Of a stretch of DNA of 64,000 nt, positions 60,771 to 64,000 are shown piece after piece. The notes beneath the pieces were generated by a model. It was not told where the DNA came from, ran no database searches, and saw only the letters and a list, made by a program, of their open reading frames with translations. This DNA comes from Nitrosopumilus sp. (GTDB lineage: Archaea; Thermoproteota; Nitrososphaeria; Nitrososphaerales; Nitrosopumilaceae). Each line of letters opens with the position of its first letter. Positions within the stretch are counted from its first letter, which is position 1. A program made the translations under genes and the position numbers. The DNA is taken from positions 224,001 to 288,000 of the forward strand of contig OZ245040.1 of assembly GCA_965224195.1 (NCBI GenBank). Reading direction: 5' to 3'.

Positions 60771-61141
60771 TATCCCGTATTTTTTGAATCAGCATACAGT
60801 TTGACAGGAATTGGAATTACACATTTCACTGCAGACTCTATTTTTGCAATGTCTCTACACACTGTTGATGAATCAACTCTAAACAGATATTCCAGTAAAT
60901 CATAGCTTGTATAGCAACGATAGTAAATTAGCAACATCAGAATCCTATCCCTTGCTGAAAGTTTGAATGGTCTTCCAGCTCCAATGTTTCTTTTTCTGTC
61001 TTTTTTTGAGAGTCTTTTTCTCTCTGTAATCTTGTATTGTTTCTGTATCTCTTTTGTCAAAAAATCAAATTGTGTTGCAGTTATTCCTGTAAATCTCAGG
61101 AATTGTTTTGGTTTTCTTGCTAGTTTTGTATAATTTGGCAT
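60728..61141 (-). pseudogene. IS5-family transposase fragment (HTH region only, no DDE domain)
   Basis: FLRFTGIT..QFD, GAGRPFKLS, ILMLLIYYR, LFRVDSSTVCRDI. Confidence 0.85.
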
Positions 61142-61231
61142 GAAATGAAATGGTTTGTACTTAGCTTTGGATCTTGTTGTGAGTGAATTTGGACTGTTCT
61201 ATCAGATTTAGTTAATTATGCAAGAGGTCTA
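60780..61231 (-). mobile_element. Truncated IS5-family element (left end + transposase N-terminus)
   Basis: TIR TAGACCTCTTGCATAATTA at 61213-61231; transposase similarity lost near 60780. Confidence 0.85.
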
Positions 61232-61245
61232 ATAAAAAAAGGAAT

Positions 61246-61479
61246 CTATTCTTGCTCCAACCACAATAACCAATAATCCTCAATTGAAGCTGCAAATCCA
61301 GACGTCATCGTAGTTTGATCTTCAGGTGAAATATATGATGCAGTAACCTCTGCACCTCCAAAACTCGCAGTGAAATCATTTAATGGTAAATTACTAAAAT
61401 CTGCGCCAGATGATAATATCATGACAACTCCAACTACAATAATAGCCAAACCTATTCCAATAATTATATTATTTGACAT
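61246..61479 (-). CDS. Small membrane-anchored protein
   Basis: N-terminal TM IIIGIGLAIIVVGVVMIL. Confidence 0.6.
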   Translation of the reverse strand: MSNNIIIGIGLAIIVVGVVMILSSGADFSNLPLNDFTASFGGAEVTASYISPEDQTTMTSGFAASIEDYWLLWLEQE

Positions 61480-61729
61480 GGTTACAAATAATTTTTCAAA
61501 TTAATTAGAATAATCAATGATTTTTTTCACGTTAAAGCTAATGATCGGTCAAATTATCTCTTTAGCGATCAAATACTTTAAGAAGGGATAAGGCGATGAA
61601 TGTACCTAACAACATGAACATTAAACCATGCTATGTACTTTTTAGTTAATTTTAGAAAAATTTTGTTAAACAACACTAATTTTGTCAGATTACAGATCAT
61701 TTATGAAATAGGGCATTATTTTATGAATA

Positions 61730-63286
61730 TTGGATTTTACAAAAGCACAAGAACAAATATCAAAAATTAGCAATGAAGGGGAAAGACAAGTAGGCGATCT
61801 ATTGCTCAACATGGGATTCACACTGATTGATTCTAATGTGATCGTTCTGAATTTGGATTCAAAAAGAATTGGTGAGATTGATCTAATTTTTGAAGTTGAA
61901 AATACACTTTTTTTAATAGATGCAAGTACGGACAAACATTCAGGAAGTAACAAAAAACTAGCATTTATTTCTAAATGGACAGATAAATCTAATCTAAATT
62001 TTCTAAAAAAATAATGTAAGTTAGGCAATCAAAAAGTTATGAGAATATATTTTGATTTACAACACAAAACACCAGATTCAGGTTCCGCAGAAATAGAAAA
62101 TGTGACAAAAATTGGAAAAATGAACAAGGTGTGTTATTCGGATGATTTTGAATACTTTACAAATTATGTTAAGAGGATTGGTCAATGGTCCAAAAATGAT
62201 TTTCTTGATTTCGTGGGGTATTCAGACAGACTAAATTATGTAAAAGTTGATGCAATTCAGTATTTTATTGGAAATTTACCCGTTTTTTGCTTTGTTGAAA
62301 GAGTAGAAAATTTGTTACGCACATGTTACATATCAAGAAGAAGAATTGGTGATTTAGGTTATCAGCGAACCCTAAAAGGAAATAGAGTGGTAAACATTTC
62401 TAACAACATCAAGACAGGAGTAGGGTTATCTTTTCCAAATTCCATCTTAATTAACACTCCACAATTAACTGAAGATATTTTATCTCCAGAGCAGTGTCCA
62501 GGAATTGTACAAATTAACTTTTCAACAAGCTATAGCACTTGTAGAATTATAGACGGTCAACATAGATTATTGGGGTTTGCAGGAACACCTAAAGCAATCC
62601 AAAGAGATTATTGTCTACCTGTTATCGCTTTACAAGGAATTGAATTAGAGAAAGAAATTCAAACATTCATTGATATTAATTCTAAACAACAACGAATGGA
62701 TGGAAACTTAATTCTACTTCTTAAATCGGATCTAAATTGGCCTAAAGACAGTAAAGGATATTATGAAAAAATATCAGTTGAAGCATCAAAAAGACTAGGT
62801 AGAACATTTTTCAAAAACAGGATTTTTTTCGGATATGCAGATGAGACTAAAGGAACCAAAATCACATTGGCAACGTTAGTAACTAATATGCGTCGTAATG
62901 GTCAGGTTGAGGAAACTGTTGAAAAAACATTCAAAAAATTATCTAACATTTTGAAACTCATGCAAGAATATTTACAAGCACATTCGTTTGTAGATGGAAC
63001 TTATTTTGGTCACAATAGAGGAATCAGTGTATTGTTTAGATTAATTCGATTACTTGAGCGAAATTTTCTAGCCGATACCATATCTATAAGTAAAGAGGAA
63101 TTTTTTAAAGATTTAGGACATATCTTTAATTCAAAATTAATTGTAACTTTAGATAATTATTATGGGGAAGGTGGCTCAAATGCCGCAGCAGCGAAAATCA
63201 TAGAAGAACTGCAAGCAAATTATCTAAAAAAAAAATACAAAGAAATGGAATCAAATCTAAATCAATTACCTAGAATAAAAAAATAG
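61730..63286 (+). pseudogene. PD-(D/E)XK-like nuclease domain + DGQHR (DndB-like) protein interrupted by one in-frame TAA (62012-62014)
   Basis: ORFs 61730-62014 and 62039-63286 share a frame; GE..V..LL..GF...GEIDLI motif; GYQRTL, FPNSILI, IIDGQHRL, FIDINSKQ. Confidence 0.8.
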
Positions 63287-63462
63287 GGAATTTGTGATAA
63301 CTTTTGATCGTAATTTTTAAAAAAACATACAAGCTGGAAAAATCTTGAAAGAAATAGTAAAAGTGGTTTCCGTGTCCTAGCAGAACTTTACTCACCTTGT
63401 GTGGAGAATAGAGAAACCATTATTCAACAAGTAATCATAGTAAATAAACTGATCTAGTTAGG

Positions 63463-63546
63463 CGTAGAGAGCGGGATTTGAATCCACGGGTCTGCTAGGA
63501 CACTTGCTCTTAAGGCGAGCGCATTACCATGCTCTGCCATCTCTAC
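63463..63546 (-). tRNA. Atypical type II tRNA, anticodon UAA (Leu) on Ser-like body; possibly degenerate
   Basis: GTAGAGA/TCTCTAC acceptor, G73, CTCGC-CTTAAGA-GCAAG, long variable arm, GTGGA-TTCAAAT-CCCGC. Confidence 0.8.
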
Positions 63547-63808
63547 AAGAACATTCATGGATTACAGCTATTTAGTAGTAGATTCAACAATTATTGAATG
63601 TCAATAAAAAATAAGAATAATGATTGATCGCCTTTGTATTCATCATTATTTGGGTTCAGTTAGTCTGAATGATCATCACTATCAGATTGTTTGTCCATTG
63701 AGATCCTATAGCATTACAAAGGATATGACTGGATATCATAGTTTGAACTAAAAAAATCATGAAAAAACAGAAATTCCTAGTACACCTAAAAAAACTACAG
63801 AGCAAGAA

Positions 63809-64000
63809 TAGACCTCTTGCATAATTAGAAACAAAATACCATCTTTCATTCTTGACAGATTCTAATTTTATGAAATTGCCATGAATTCTTCTCTCCATTT
63901 TATCTTGAAATTAATAATTCCACAAACAATGTCACTTGTTCCATCATATCTGCACAATCTATTCCTAAATGTTTCTGAATTGATTCTAAATTTCTTTATT
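63809..64000 (-). mobile_element. Right end of an IS5-family element, continuing beyond the window
   Basis: TIR TAGACCTCTTGCATAATTA at 63809-63827; transposase C-terminus IKKFRINSETFRNRLCRYDGTSDIVCGIINFK..., stop at 63868-63870. Confidence 0.85.

Noticed and set aside
60502-60795. Programmed frameshift continuing the IS5 transposase at the A-run near 60780
   Set aside because: None of the three minus frames beyond it resembles a DDE domain; truncation is simpler
62012-62014. Sec/Pyl recoding or suppression of the DGQHR stop by the neighbouring tRNA
   Set aside because: The stop is TAA, not TGA/TAG; anticodon UAA reads UUA codons, not UAA stops
58260-63546. tRNA-targeted integrative element with att repeat
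   Set aside because: No duplicate of the tRNA 3' end and no integrase found by eye
63620-63751. 43-aa ORF MIDRLCIHHY... and track ORF 63656-63898
   Set aside because: No motif; the latter crosses the IS boundary and is likely spurious

Overview
AT-rich archaeal chromosome segment whose gene content and order point to an ammonia-oxidising thaumarchaeon (Nitrosopumilus-like; inferred from protein motifs, no search run). About 1-58,270 is core genome: rpoL-tfs-pcn, lysC, cobJ, tyrS, bluB, rtcA, egsA, psmB-aCPSF1, the archaeal CoA cluster (PoK-PPS-panB-coaBC), tmk-HD-pyrH, atpC, an Amt transporter, tRNA-Arg(CCU) with a D-loop intron, tRNA-Val(GAC), and several small ORFs missing from the ORF track. 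About 58,270-64,000 is an accessory island. It holds a host-type ORF apparently cut short, then a virus-like module (Zn-ribbon ORF / perfect palindrome / PD-(D/E)XK exonuclease / Zn-finger ORF). Two same-orientation IS5-family ends (19-bp TIR) bracket a cargo made of a nuclease-like + DGQHR (DndB-like) gene split by one in-frame TAA and an odd tRNA with a Ser-type body but Leu(UAA) anticodon. A downstream hairpin carries a 13-nt antisense match to that tRNA's variable arm. Several conserved motifs across the window carry C>T/G>A substitutions.
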